DNA from: Octopus vulgaris
Taxonomy: Eukaryota
Length of the DNA: 64,000 nt
Direction of reading: 5' to 3'
NCBI GenBank assembly: GCA_951406725.2
Contig: OX597819.1
Location: forward strand, 49,600,001-49,664,000
Below the pieces are notes generated by a model that was given only the letters and a program-made list of their open reading frames with translations, made no database searches and was not told the DNA's origin. The position numbers and the translations under genes were made by a program. Positions within the stretch are counted from its first letter, which is position 1. Each line of letters starts with the position of its first letter. Positions 11,393 to 23,218 of the stretch are shown here, in pieces.

Positions 11393-13297
11393 ATCAAAAC
11401 AACATATTTCTGGAATTAACTTTACTTACACACCATATTAAAACCATTTCACTTTAACTAGATTGCAAATCTCTTATGACTAGTAATAAATGCCATTTCC
11501 CCATTTTTACTTTTAAAATAGAAGGCTTCTATATCTAGTAAAGAAACATTTTTGGTTTATGCAATGCTGCTCAGAAAGAAAAAAATATTGTAGTAATGTT
11601 GATACAACTACTTTGGGTTTGGTACCTCCAGTTATCAAATCTGTTTATATACCAAATTTAATGGTGAAACAAGGAGGGTAATTCTAAGATCTCAGCAGTT
11701 GCTCAGTCACTGATTCAGTGCATTAGTCAGGTGCTACCAACAGAGATTACCTGAAGATAACAGCCTAACATCTAATGTTCCTGATAATTGCTTTAACAAC
11801 ATGGCTAAGTAGGTGTAAGTGAAATAATATTGAAACACTGATACTACCAAATGTTAGTTATACTATATGATGCTAACAAACGTATATACTAAATGGCACT
11901 AACAGATGTCATGGGATGGAAGCATCAGTAAGGAAGTGAAGCTGTAAATGAGTAATAATGATGACAAACTGAACAGCAAAGGGGATTGAGGGTTAAAGCT
12001 TGGTGTTCTTTATGGATCCTATCATCATAGACACCACTGAAAGACATCACTGAAAATACTAATAACTTGCGATTAGTAATTATTTCAACAATGTAATCCA
12101 ATTAAGATGGGTCAAAGGTGTTGATAATGTTTAGATGTTAGCAATGAAAATAGTCAAAACAAAATAGTAAACTGATAATGAACAATAGGATGACCTAAAA
12201 TAACAAATATCAATATAAAAATAAGACAAAAAAAAATATATGATTATTTCAAAGAATAAAATAGCCAGTGTGTATAGTGTAAAGAAATGATTCTAACATA
12301 AAAAAAAAAAAAATGCACTTTTAAAGATAAAAATAAAAACCTGTTCAGAAATTGCAAAACAAATGACCAAATAAAACTAAAAGAGTTAAGAGCTAAGAAT
12401 ACAGATTTATTGGATAAAGAAAAGATAAAACAGCAGAGAAACAAAAAAATTGCCATCTGAACAAGCAGAGAAAATGTAGACAAAAGCAAAGGACAGAATT
12501 TATGAGATGAAGAACACTATTATGACTAGAAAAAGTTTAGAAAAATTGATGAGAGCAAGTAATTTAGACTGTGTAACAAAACTAACAGAGAAGGAGAAAA
12601 TGGATAGACAAACATTATAGGACAGATGGCATTCTGTTTGTTTGGAGTCTCCAACTGTGTAGAATAAACGCTGGCAATTGTTGAAGTGACTTTTCAGTGT
12701 TTAATGAGATGACGCTACTAGCTTTGTAAACTGGAATAGTAAGAAACATCTATTTGCTTGTAAGCCAAACCAAAGCCTTGCGCACACATACTAAATAAGG
12801 TAGAGAAGGGAATGGTTTGGAAAGTGATTCTAACAAGTAGTCAGTGTTCACAAAGCTGTCAGTTGTGTACAAAGTGAGGTGCATCAGGTTTAAGTGCCTA
12901 GGAGATAGAAATAACATTGAAAAATAAATAAATGGAGATGGTCTTCATAACAGCAAACATAGGGTGACACAAGTGAGAGATATGGTCATTGTAAATAAAA
13001 TACTACATGTCAGCAAAGCAAAGAGTTCCGAGATTATAATCTAAACTAATTTACTCAACGTCTTCCTGTTGCATTATGATAACCTGAATAATATGACTAA
13101 TAGCTCCAAGTAAATAAATCAAGTAAATAAATAAATAAATATAAGCATTTACCAAGTGTTGACTATACAACACCTATTCAAATAGAAAAAAAAAACAGAA
13201 TCCAGTTTTTACATATTACTATACGAGCAGAGGAACCAGAACTAACCAAGACAGTAGAACATAGAAATGGTTACAATAATGTATCTAGTTTGATGTC

Positions 13298-13515
13298 TTA
13301 ATCCTTTAGCATTTAGATCAATTTATCAAACATAATACTTATTTATCTGCATTTTTTAAAATTAACCATATAGTACCTTCTACCTTGACACATTTTGATG
13401 ATGTGGTTATTTTTAGAATGACATTGAAGGGCAGGTGTGAGAGGCTGGATCAAGCCAGTTTCAACATAAAACAAGTAGAATATTTGGGCCGGATATGGAC
13501 AGTTTAAATGTTTAA
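13298..13515 (+). mobile_element. piggyBac-like TTAA MITE (~220 bp)
   Basis: TTAATCCTTTAGCATT start. Shared interior (tttagaatgacattg...ggtgtgagaggctggat...aacataaaaca...agaatatttgg) with copies at 24305, 30771, 54768 and 61366. Confidence 0.8.
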
Positions 13516-15082
13516 ACTGAACTTCAGTGATAATAAATTCTAAGTTATATTCTAGGAATTTTTTCGGTAACTAAAAATTTACCAAAATCATTATCATCCT
13601 CTAATGGAAAGAGGGTCTCTAACAGCAGTAATAAGCAATTTATTAATGATGAATAGCAGTCATCAGGATACTTGTAATGCTTACTTTTCCTTTAAAAAAA
13701 AAAAAGGGGGGGGTAACCAAATGGGTTGAGCTAGTACACAAGATATTAATAATAAAAAAAAGAGTAAATTAAAAGTTATTGATGTTTATTACATTATAAA
13801 CATCAAAATTAATACTTTATATACATCATATAAATGGATATAATACATGACATCACTTTGATATTGACCTCTTAAAACAGACTACATATACTGCCCAGAA
13901 ATCTCGAAATAATACTATGGGATATAACTGTTTGATAAGTTTACAGATCAAGCAATAAAATGCAATGGACTAAATAATTTGAAATGCAGGTAGCTATTTG
14001 ATAGGTTTATAAACTGTTAATTTGTTTCCTTTGTTTGTAGCCAATACCAGTAGAGTTAATATGGTTAAAAAGAATGTTATTCGTGTACAACTTTTTAACT
14101 CGGGGAAAATGAAGCAACAATAAAACACGAAAATCTGAATAAAAGAAAATATTTGTAAATAAAAAAAGCAATTTATAGATTTGTATTTATCTTAAATAGT
14201 AAAATCTGCTAAAGAGGTGATTAAAAACTAATAAGTAGGGAATTTTAGACAAAAAAAAACAGAAATAAGTCAGTGGGACATGGGTCTAATAATGTGATGG
14301 AGTTTTCTTGCAAAATGGAATGTTTATTGTTAATGAGAGCAGGTGTGATTTAACTCACTCAAATTGCTAGAAATAGCAGCAAATTTCCCTTCAAAGAATA
14401 ATACAACTGTCTTTAAAAAAAAAAAAATAGAGCGGGGGCACATTGGATAATGAAGTCCTACTTATACTGTACTTGAATGAAAATGCCTTCTGATATAAGC
14501 CTGCTCAATCAGAGATGATAAAATTTCATCAAAAACTGATCTCCATTTCATATATCCCAAGTGATAACATTTAAATACAGAAGAATTAGGTACCAAACTG
14601 AGCACTCTAATCTAGCAGTATTCCAAAACCAACATGACCACATGAAGATGATGATAGTAATTTCTTTGGCTTGTGCATTTTGAAAGAGATTAGTTTATAA
14701 TCAATCCAAAATGCTGAAGCATATAACAGGTGAAATAAATGTAAAAGTCAATCAAGGAAGAGTTTGAATTGTTTGTACCAATCCATTCACTAATTGAAGT
14801 TTACAAATTACCTTAACTGATCAACTCAATAAAATATACATTAGTTTTAATACTCAGCTTCTATTTTAATTTGAAATGTTCTTTGTGTATATGTAAGCAT
14901 TTTAAATATTGATTTAATACTGAATGTAATGCTTATCGCTATGAGATAATATTTATCATACATTGGCTTCACACAAACATATACATATCTACAGATAGGT
15001 TGCTATGATAATCTCTTTGGAGTGAAATATATCTTAAGTCAATTGCAACAGGAGTTGCAATTGACTTGACTCAAGTCCAGAT

Positions 15083-15220
15083 AGGTGCAAAAATGGCACC
15101 ATCGTTAAGAAGTTTGCTTCGCAGCCAGTTTCAAGTTCAGTCCCACTCTGAGCATCTAGGAATCAAAACCACAATCTTATAATCATGAGTCCAACGCCCT
15201 AACCACTAAGCCATGTGCTT

Positions 15221-15265
<45 letters not shown>

Positions 15266-15480
15266 GAACTAAATGGAAACAACATAAAGTTTAAATCTGT
15301 ATTAATTTAGAGTTAATCATTAGCGCTCTGGTATCAGTAGCATGGACCAACTAAAGTATTGAGTGGGACAAGTTGGTAACTACAGGGAAGCCCATTGTGT
15401 GTGTGTGTGTGTATACACATGTTGATATTCCACGTCTTTTGCTTGTCACAAGTTGAGCCATATGGTGATGTTTATATTCA
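15083..15480 (+). mobile_element. Decayed SINE family A copy interrupted by an inverted duplication
   Basis: Head (ttaagaagtttgcttc...gttcagtcccact) at 15083-15155. The probable continuation (gagtgg...gaagcccattgtgtgt) resumes after ~15348. Confidence 0.55.
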
Positions 15481-15984
15481 TTGTTGACATTTCAACTACT
15501 TGCTCTTCACTTGAAAAACATAAGAATTGGTAACAGGATAGGTATTCAGTAGAAAAAAATGAAAATGCTGCCTTAGATAGTCCTCACCCATTCCATACCA
15601 GTGAAAATGCAGATGTTAAATGAACAAACATATATAGATACCTCTATATATTGGAGCGCTAGTACTAGTTCATATAGTATACATAAATAATCTCTCGTAG
15701 CTATTTCCTTATATCCAAAAAAGATAATCCTTCTTGCTTCAAAGTACACTGCTTTCTTAGGGAAAATCAGCATTCTTTGTCATAGATAACTTGGCCTGTT
15801 GAGTCAATGCTACTGACACCAGAGCTAATGATTAACTCTAAATTAATACAATTCCTTAACAGATTTAAAACTTTACAGTGTTTCCATTTAGTTCATTATA
15901 TATATATATATATAGTAGAGGCACATGGTTTAATGGTTAGGGTGTTGGACTCATAATCATAAGATTGTGGTTTTGATTCCTAGA
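15155..15984. repeat. Long inverted repeat: arms 15155-15347 and 15803-15984, spacer ~455 nt
   Basis: The left arm reverse complement aligns along the right arm (atgctactga-accagagc-taatgattaactctaaattaataca...tttccatttagttcattatata...gcacatgg-tta-tggttaggg-gttggactcat...aagattgtggttttgattcctaga). Confidence 0.93.
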
Positions 15985-16112
15985 CTGGGTGATGCATTGT
16001 GTTCTTCAGCAAAACATTTCACATTGCTCTAGTGTAATCCTGTGATGAGCTGGTATCCTATCCAGGAACGGGTGTATAAACCAGAGAAATTGGCCCTATG
16101 ATCCTTATGGAG
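15918..16112 (+). mobile_element. tRNA-derived SINE, family B
   Basis: Head gcacatggtttaatggttagggtgttggactc...ggttttgattcc (A/B-box-like), then tgtgttcttcagcaaaaca. Homologous to 54808-55053. Confidence 0.75.
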
Positions 16113-16169
16113 TAATGTGGACTAACTATATATATATATATAAAACACTCATCTGGGGCATCATCAGGG

Positions 16170-16295
16170 CTTTATGGTAAGAAGTTTGCTTTACATCAAT
16201 TCTAGGCTCATCGCCACACATCAACACCTTGGCAAATGTCTTTTACCAGAGACTTGTGGAATTTGGAGGGCAGAAACTGTGTAGAGACCCATCGC
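16170..16295 (+). mobile_element. Decayed SINE family A fragment
   Basis: tggtaagaagtttgctt...caccttggcaaatgtctt...cagaaactg. Confidence 0.65.
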
Positions 16296-18577
16296 ACATA
16301 CACATTCAAATACATATATGCTTATCTACTCGACTACCATAGATTGACAAAGAAGTAACAGCCTGAAAGAAGTATTAGATTAATATGACTGGCTAGACAT
16401 TTGAAGGCAGAGCCATATTCTAATGGTTGAAACCAGTAAAAGAATGAAGAAATACAGTTTTTGTTTGTATTGTGTAGCACAAGAAAAAGACATAAGTACG
16501 CAATACAACTTTATGTTTAAGGTGTGTAGTCATATACGTTAATTTATATAAGAAACAAAGATATTACCTCTTGCAAACTGATTTCGTTCAAGTAGTATAC
16601 TGTACATAGCAGCAGGCTTTGAAAGCAATCAGTCAACTAATATTATCAAACCCTTGACATGTAAGAGTCAATTGAGAGAATGAAACTGCAATTTCAGTTA
16701 TGTAAGGCTTGTTTAACTTAAATAAATTAACATAAGCTGGTGCCTGACTGTATGAAACAGTGAAGATGTGAGTGTACTGCATAACACTAGTGTGAAAGTA
16801 GAATATCTAATTTCCAGTATTTAATCCTGTTTGAAACACAGGGTTCTGACTTAGAATTCTTATTCCCGAAAATGTAATGATCACGATTAAAGAAACTTTG
16901 GACGCCGTTAGGAGAAAAAGAAGACCACACACACTAAATGTTGGGTTTGAAGTAAAGATAAAATAATATAAGAATCAAAAACACCAAATGTAAAACTAGA
17001 ATTCACGTGGTTAAAAGATAAACTAAAAGCAGGTGACTGTCAAGTGGTTGTGTAACATAACTATTTGATAGCAAAGTTTGATGACAACTTTATGATAAAT
17101 CTGGTTAAATTGAGCTTATTGTGAAGAAATTAAAGGACCAGTCTTTTTCATAGACATTGCATTCAGTAATTGGACACTAAGTTAAGCTAGTTGGAAAACT
17201 AACACATGCGCACAAGTGCACATACATATGTAAGTGAATATAAAACAGCAAAAGAAGATAAAAAATATTTTTTCTTAAAATCAAACAATTTGCATTAGGT
17301 TGTTCTAACCAACTGAATTTCACTTCATTGCTACCAAATTTCAAATAGGTCAATAATAAGCTTTTTTTTTTTTTTAAAAAAAAAAAGATAATTTTATCTA
17401 TGGTCCTACAAGACCAATACATTCCTTCAAGTTGTTCAGAATGGTGATGGGGTAAAAGCAACAGAATTCAACAAGAACTTCTTTCTTAATTGGAAAAGGG
17501 CTACTTTAATATCAAATTTATTACAGAATTACTTCAAGATTTCATCTAGCCATTCAAATTTTGTCTCATGTTTAAAAAGACACAAGGAAAATAGAAAGGC
17601 ATATATAGGTATAGCTATCAAGATTATTTAAGTTATAAAACAAGAATTTCAAATTTATAAAAAGTATAACTATCTGGAATGTTCAAAATGTGCATTAGAA
17701 ATGTGCACTTAATAATAATTAATGATTAAATTAAGAGGAGGAGGGAAACAAAATTTAAGTGAAGCATGATGATAGAAAAAATATTAAGGCATTAAAAATA
17801 ACTGTATAAAATTTGATTATCACAGATTGTAATAATACCAAAGAGGTTGACATGGAAATTTTAAGAGAGAAAATATGGAAAAACTAACATCCTTGTTTTG
17901 TTATTATATACAGTTGTTATTAAACTTTATCAATTTTATTTGTTGAAAAGAAAGATTTAGTAATCTTTTACCATTTCAACCTCTTTGGATAAATAATTTA
18001 AAGTTTAAGATAAGAACTAAGTGAAAAGATTTACTTGTTTTGTAAAAAGCAAGTAACTGATATGAATTGTAGAGAAGTTCTGGCAGAAAAAAAGTTTTGT
18101 TTTGTTTGTTTCTTTCACTGTTGTTATTTTTTTTGTTTTGTTTGAAAATATACAATTGACAGACATGATTTTTGGAAAGATGAACCCTTTATTACAAGAG
18201 AGTACTGTTTTGAAGAATCCCAAAGATGCACTATTTATGCCAAGGTAATTATCAAGCAAAGTTATGTTCAATTTATATACAAAATATTGCTTGATAAGAA
18301 GTGTCCAAAGTCAGAATGCACCTATTCCTGATTGTTCCAAATATTTATGAAGAATATTGGCATTAAAAGACACACGCACAAATGTTTTATTTTTCTCTCT
18401 CTCACTTTTTTTTTTAAATGTTTTGCTTGGCTTCCACAGTGGGCAAGATGCTTGCCAGTAAGTATGGATTAAAAATATAAAATTTCACAGCATTGCAGAG
18501 ATGAAGTTCTTCGGATCCAAACACTACAAGTTACTTCCTTTTTCACTGTTTTCAACAATAGAACTGTGTTTACTTAC

Positions 18578-18588
18578 GTGTTTCTCTT
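18578..18588 (-). CDS. gro: Groucho/TLE 11-nt microexon (AAGAGAAACAC; completes E, then EKH), phase 1-0
   Basis: Long polypyrimidine tract, then ttttggattatag|AAGAGAAACAC|gtaagt (consensus donor). It reconciles the phase-1 end of the GP exon with the phase-0 start of the CcN exon. Confidence 0.85.
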
Positions 18589-19406
18589 CTATAATCCAAA
18601 AGGTTATATGAAAGATAAAAAAAGAAAGAAAGAAAGAATTAAATACCAATGTCTAGATTTTAAATTAAATTTTTAATATCTTAGAAAGCAAACCAGTATT
18701 AACTATTTCAAAAAAAGTTTCTAAACTTTACCCACACAAAGGTGAAAGAAGGAAATATGCAAATGGAGTGAGTGAGCAAGCAAGAGCATTGTCATTATTA
18801 TGATTTAAAACAAGGTCAGCAATTATCAGTAATAAGTCTTAATGCTATTTAGACTGAATACTTAGGAATTCAAAATTAATTCTTTAATAGGATCAGGATT
18901 AGTGATAAAGCGATGCAAAATAATCACTTTGTGTATTACCAGAAAGACTTCACCTCCACTCATGCTATAAGCACACTGCTGGCTCCTACCCTTTAAAGGT
19001 AAATTTGACAATGCTTTGGATATTGCTTTTGAAGGGGAAAAAAGTCATTCATTACTCAGCTATATATTTTGGTAGCAGTTATTGGAGAGAAAGAATACTT
19101 TTAATGAGTCCACTGGAAGGGTGACAAACTGATTAACCTCCAGGCAGTAAAACTCCTGCTGGGAAATCTTTGGGCTTACAAAACTTCAGTCATTGTTGCC
19201 ATAATATATTGACAATTTTGAAGTTAGGTGTCATAGCAATTCAGTGATAATTAACTTGAGCAAACTTTTATTAAATCCTAACTTTTTTTTATTTTTTAGT
19301 ATTATTTTCTATGCATTCACACCAAACTGAAAACTAGACAGCTCTTTAAAAAAAAAGTTCTTAAACAGCTTAAAAGAGAAAAAAAAAATGTTATTTGAAA
19401 ACTCAC

Positions 19407-19584
19407 CCTTCTCTTCTTTTAAAGATCCACTTAAATGTGGGTTGCCAGGAAATGTGCCTGAAAGTGCCAAAAGTCCTGATCCACTTGATACTGGAATTCC
19501 AGGGGGTTGTAAACTAGCAGGATGAGGTGGTATTGGAATGGCTGGTGGGTGAGCATGAGGGAGATGCTGTGCCTGAACTTGTTG
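19407..19584 (-). CDS. gro: Groucho/TLE exon, GP domain ([59 protein letters not shown]+G), 178 nt, phase 0-1
   Basis: ttttcag|CAA CAA GTT CAG...GAG AAG G|gtgagt. QAQHL, PHP-LQPP and GLLALSG motifs are typical of the TLE GP domain. Lies within ORF 19309..19833(-). Confidence 0.95.
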
Positions 19585-20357
19585 CTGAAAACAATATACA
19601 AATGTCCAAATGTAAAGAACAGAATAACAAAAAAAAGACTTATTACAAGATAATGTGCTAATTATAATAATGATTGCTAATAATAATAAAAATGATAATA
19701 ATAATAATGATGATGATAATAATAGGGGGCGTGGATAAAATAACACAAAAAGGAAACAAAAAAACACAAGGCAAACTAATTCAACAAAAGGTATAAAAAT
19801 CATGTGACATGCAACGTCCAAGACTAAAAACATGTATATGTGTGTCTATACTACATGTTTGGATTAAACAAGAGTTTAGTGATAGTTTTTACAGTCTGTC
19901 CATTCATTTCAGCACCAAAAAGTGAGGAATGTATAAAATTTTAAAAAGCTACAAAAACAAAAATATAGATATATAAAAAGCTTTTGTTTTTCTTAGGTTT
20001 TCAGTATTTTGGAATTATATGAAAACTTAATTGCTAATCTTTTTAACTGCCTTACTTTCCTGTACATTTTATAATTTTGTGGTATTAAGGAATGAGAGTA
20101 TAAGTTTCTTCGATTTGGACGTTAAAGAGGAGAAGTCTGATGGACATTCTCAGGGGAGATCACTGTTGTTTGGCAGCAGAAGAAATGTTTAAACACATGA
20201 TTACTTTGAATCTATTTTATAATCAATCTTCGAAAAATTAGTCGGAGTTTGGTAATGAAAATTTATAACAAATTGGAAAGAAAAAAAAGTTAAATCGGGG
20301 GAAAATAACATGAAGGAATGGGAGGGCAAAGTGCTTGGCAGCTTCACTGAAACATAC

Positions 20358-20432
20358 CCCTATAATTGCATTCAGTTCAGCCATGGTCACCTGTTTGGCT
20401 CGTTCTACAGCAGCTGCAACCTGTTGCTGATG
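20358..20432 (-). CDS. gro: Groucho/TLE exon, end of Q domain (HQQQVAAAVERAKQVTMAELNAIIG), 75 nt, phase 0-0
   Basis: ttttgcag|CAT CAG CAA...ATA GGG|gtatgt. Lies within ORF 20238..20465(-); conserved ERAKQVTM-ELNAIIG motif. Confidence 0.97.
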
Positions 20433-22489
20433 CTGCAAAACAAAGAGGAAACAGAACAATAACAAAACTGGTAGTTTGTGTGGTGATTACAACTTTAGAA
20501 GCCAAGAAAGAGACGAGAGGAAAAGAGATTGTCAACTCATTGAATACCCTTGTCTCTGGATGGAAGCCATCGTCGTCGTACTCAAAATAACGATGGATAG
20601 ATCTATCTATATAAAAATATATACAGAGAAGAGGAATTGATATCTAATGCAAGTTTTAAATGTTGATTTGGCCCAGAAACGATGATGAAACTTGGTTTAA
20701 ATGGATGCTTTCAAAATTTGATGGCGATGAGAATATACTAAATGAAATAAAATACCCATTTTAAAGTGCTAGTGAGAATATTAATACAAAAAGGAAATAA
20801 AAAAGAAAAAAACAGATGCCTTATTGATTTAAAAGCAAGCTTAATAAAACATTACATGCTAAAGTAGAAATTATAGTAACCTGGAATAATTTAATATATT
20901 CCCCCAAATTTTATTTCAGCTTTAAATGTTTTAAAGATTATTGCAATAAAAGAGTTAATAATTAGACCTTTCTTTAAAGATTTAAGCTTGCAATATTACA
21001 TTACACCTCCCAATTGGTTTTTAGTTTTGAATTCAAAATTAACTTGCGTCATTTTAAACCCCTTCTTTTGTTCAACGATATTTTTTTTGTTTTAAAATTA
21101 CATTTGGCCTTTTCCCCGCCCCATCACACACACAATTCACAAGACAGGTAATAAAATAAATTTACTACAGACAATCTCGGGTGAAAAAAGAAAAAGTAAA
21201 AAATACACAAGTTTTTAAACAACAAAAAAAGCAACGAAACAACTCGGAGGAATTTACAAGGTGAAAAAGAAAATTTGTTCGAAAGCAATAAAAAGATTTT
21301 TTTTTGTCTTTTTTTGTTTAAAATTTTTGTTCAGAACTTATTTCAGAAAATATATACAAGTAATTTTAATTTACACTTTTCTCTTAAATGATATGTTATA
21401 AAAGACTTGTTGGAAGAAATAAAATAAAATGAAAAAACAATATAATTTACAAATGCTTTAATATAGAGCGTGTGAATTATCGGTTATGATACAGCATTTA
21501 TTTGGAAAAGGGAGTCGGGACATATATATAGTCGTTTGATAAATATATTCCACTCAAAACGAAAAATTATATAATACTACAAATACTGCTATTGTTTTTC
21601 TTAAGCATCAAATGATACAATTAACTATCAAGTTATCAATAGTGGTTCTAGGAAAACAATGTTTTGAAAACGTTCAAGTGGATCACGTTATTAATTGTTC
21701 CCAGAAAGAAAGAAAGAAATCTTTTGGTTCACGAGCAAGGGAGAGAACTATGTAGTGCAGAGTGTATTTTGAATGTCAGCTGCAGTGAGCGACTTCATCA
21801 CCGGAACTGCTAATACTGCTTAGCTGTATGCAGTGGAACCTGCACACATGGTACAGGATGGATTATATAGCAAATAAGCAGAAATGATTTAGCAACATGC
21901 GTACAAAAGAAGAGAAAAAAAATTATTAAAAAATCATGTTTAATTCTCACATATATTACTTTTTCAAGAGAAAGTTGCATCGCCGCAAAATGTTAATGTT
22001 ATTACAGCTTGAACAGACCCTCTCACAATGTATAAAGTGATAAGAGCTTTCAGAACTTCAACCTACAGTAATATTTATTAGATCTAGTATTTAAGTTTTA
22101 TAGTGTGCGTGGTGAGAGACTAAATATAAGCGTGCATAGAAGGGCGGACTTTTATAAACTTAAAGGATCTGACGAAGTTAGAAGAGATTTTTTTTTCTTT
22201 TGCACTATTTTCTTAATCCCACTTAAGTGGAGAAAAGGAAACTTAAATTCTTTATAGTAAACATAACCAAGCGTACAAATTTGATCTTTGTAGAGTAACA
22301 TCCACTTTTTCATGTTTGCATGGGTCAGACAATTCACTGAGCCATATTTTCTATGGCTGAATTCCCTTTCAGCTGACAACTCTCAGCAGTTTCCAAACAA
22401 AGTAATATTTACCCAAAGGTCGGTTATGTTTTCATGAATAATTGGAAACGACCAACATTGTAAGACAGTGACATGCACACAACAGGCTT

Positions 22490-22582
22490 CTTTCAGTTTT
22501 CATCTACCATTTCCACTCACAAGGCTTTGGTCAACTCCAGGTGTTTCGCAGTGGGGCATAACCCAAAAGCACATGATTTGGA
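22490..22582 (-). mobile_element. SINE family A fragment
   Basis: acaggcttctttcagttt...ccactcacaaggctttggtc, matching the 2090-2140 segment. Confidence 0.8.
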
Positions 22583-22590
22583 TACCCTCA

Positions 22591-22624
<34 letters not shown>

Positions 22625-22661
22625 CATATATATATACATACATATATATATACATACATAC

Positions 22662-22945
22662 ACAGGCATGGTTGTGTGGTAAGAAGCTTCCTTCCCAACC
22701 ACATGGTCCTGGGTTCAGTCACATTGTTTGGCACCTTGGGCTATAGGCTCAGGTTGGGCTATAGCCTTGGGTTGTGAGTGGATTTGGTAGACAGAAACTG
22801 AAAAAGAAAAATAATCTGTTGTGTGTATGTGTGTTTATGTCCCTATAACTTACTGGTTCATCAAAAATGACCAATAAAATAAGTATTGAGCTTTAAAAAA
22901 AAGTACTGGGGGTCAATTCACTTGGCTAAAAATTCAAGGCAGTGT
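22662..22945 (+). mobile_element. SINE family A
   Basis: ggcatggttgtgtggtaagaagcttccttcccaaccacatggtcctgggttcagtc...gtgagtggatttggtagacagaaactgaaa...ataagta...tactggggg. Confidence 0.85.
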
Positions 22946-23155
22946 GTGTGTGTGTGTAAGAGAGAGGGTTGGGTGGGTATGTGGTTCAACAAGACAATAT
23001 ACAATTGCAGATCAGTGAAAATTGAAAATGAATACAGACAAATTTCTTTTTTTTTTTTTAAATGCCAAAATAACAAGGTGAGTGATAACAAAATGAATGA
23101 GCTTTTTTCTTCAGATGAGCATCACTAAAACTGAAGCATTGCATTATATTCTTAC

Positions 23156-23218
23156 CTCCTGTGACAAGAATGGAATAACTTGGGCACAGATTGCATTCAA
23201 CCGCTTTGCAATCTCTGT
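23156..23218 (-). CDS. gro: Groucho/TLE exon, Q domain (TEIAKRLNAICAQVIPFLSQE), 63 nt, phase 0-0
   Basis: ttttacag|ACA GAG ATT GCA AAG CGG...TCA CAG GAG|gtaaga. Canonical splice sites and a conserved Q-domain peptide. Confidence 0.97.

Noticed and set aside
14366-14378. GCTAGAAATAGCA matching part of the Cas9 sgRNA scaffold (also at 54721)
   Set aside because: Short match embedded in a recurring genomic repeat (family E); the rest of the scaffold is absent.
21811-21833. TAATACTG, the miR-8/miR-200 5' end
   Set aside because: The rest does not match miR-8 and I see no pre-miRNA hairpin.
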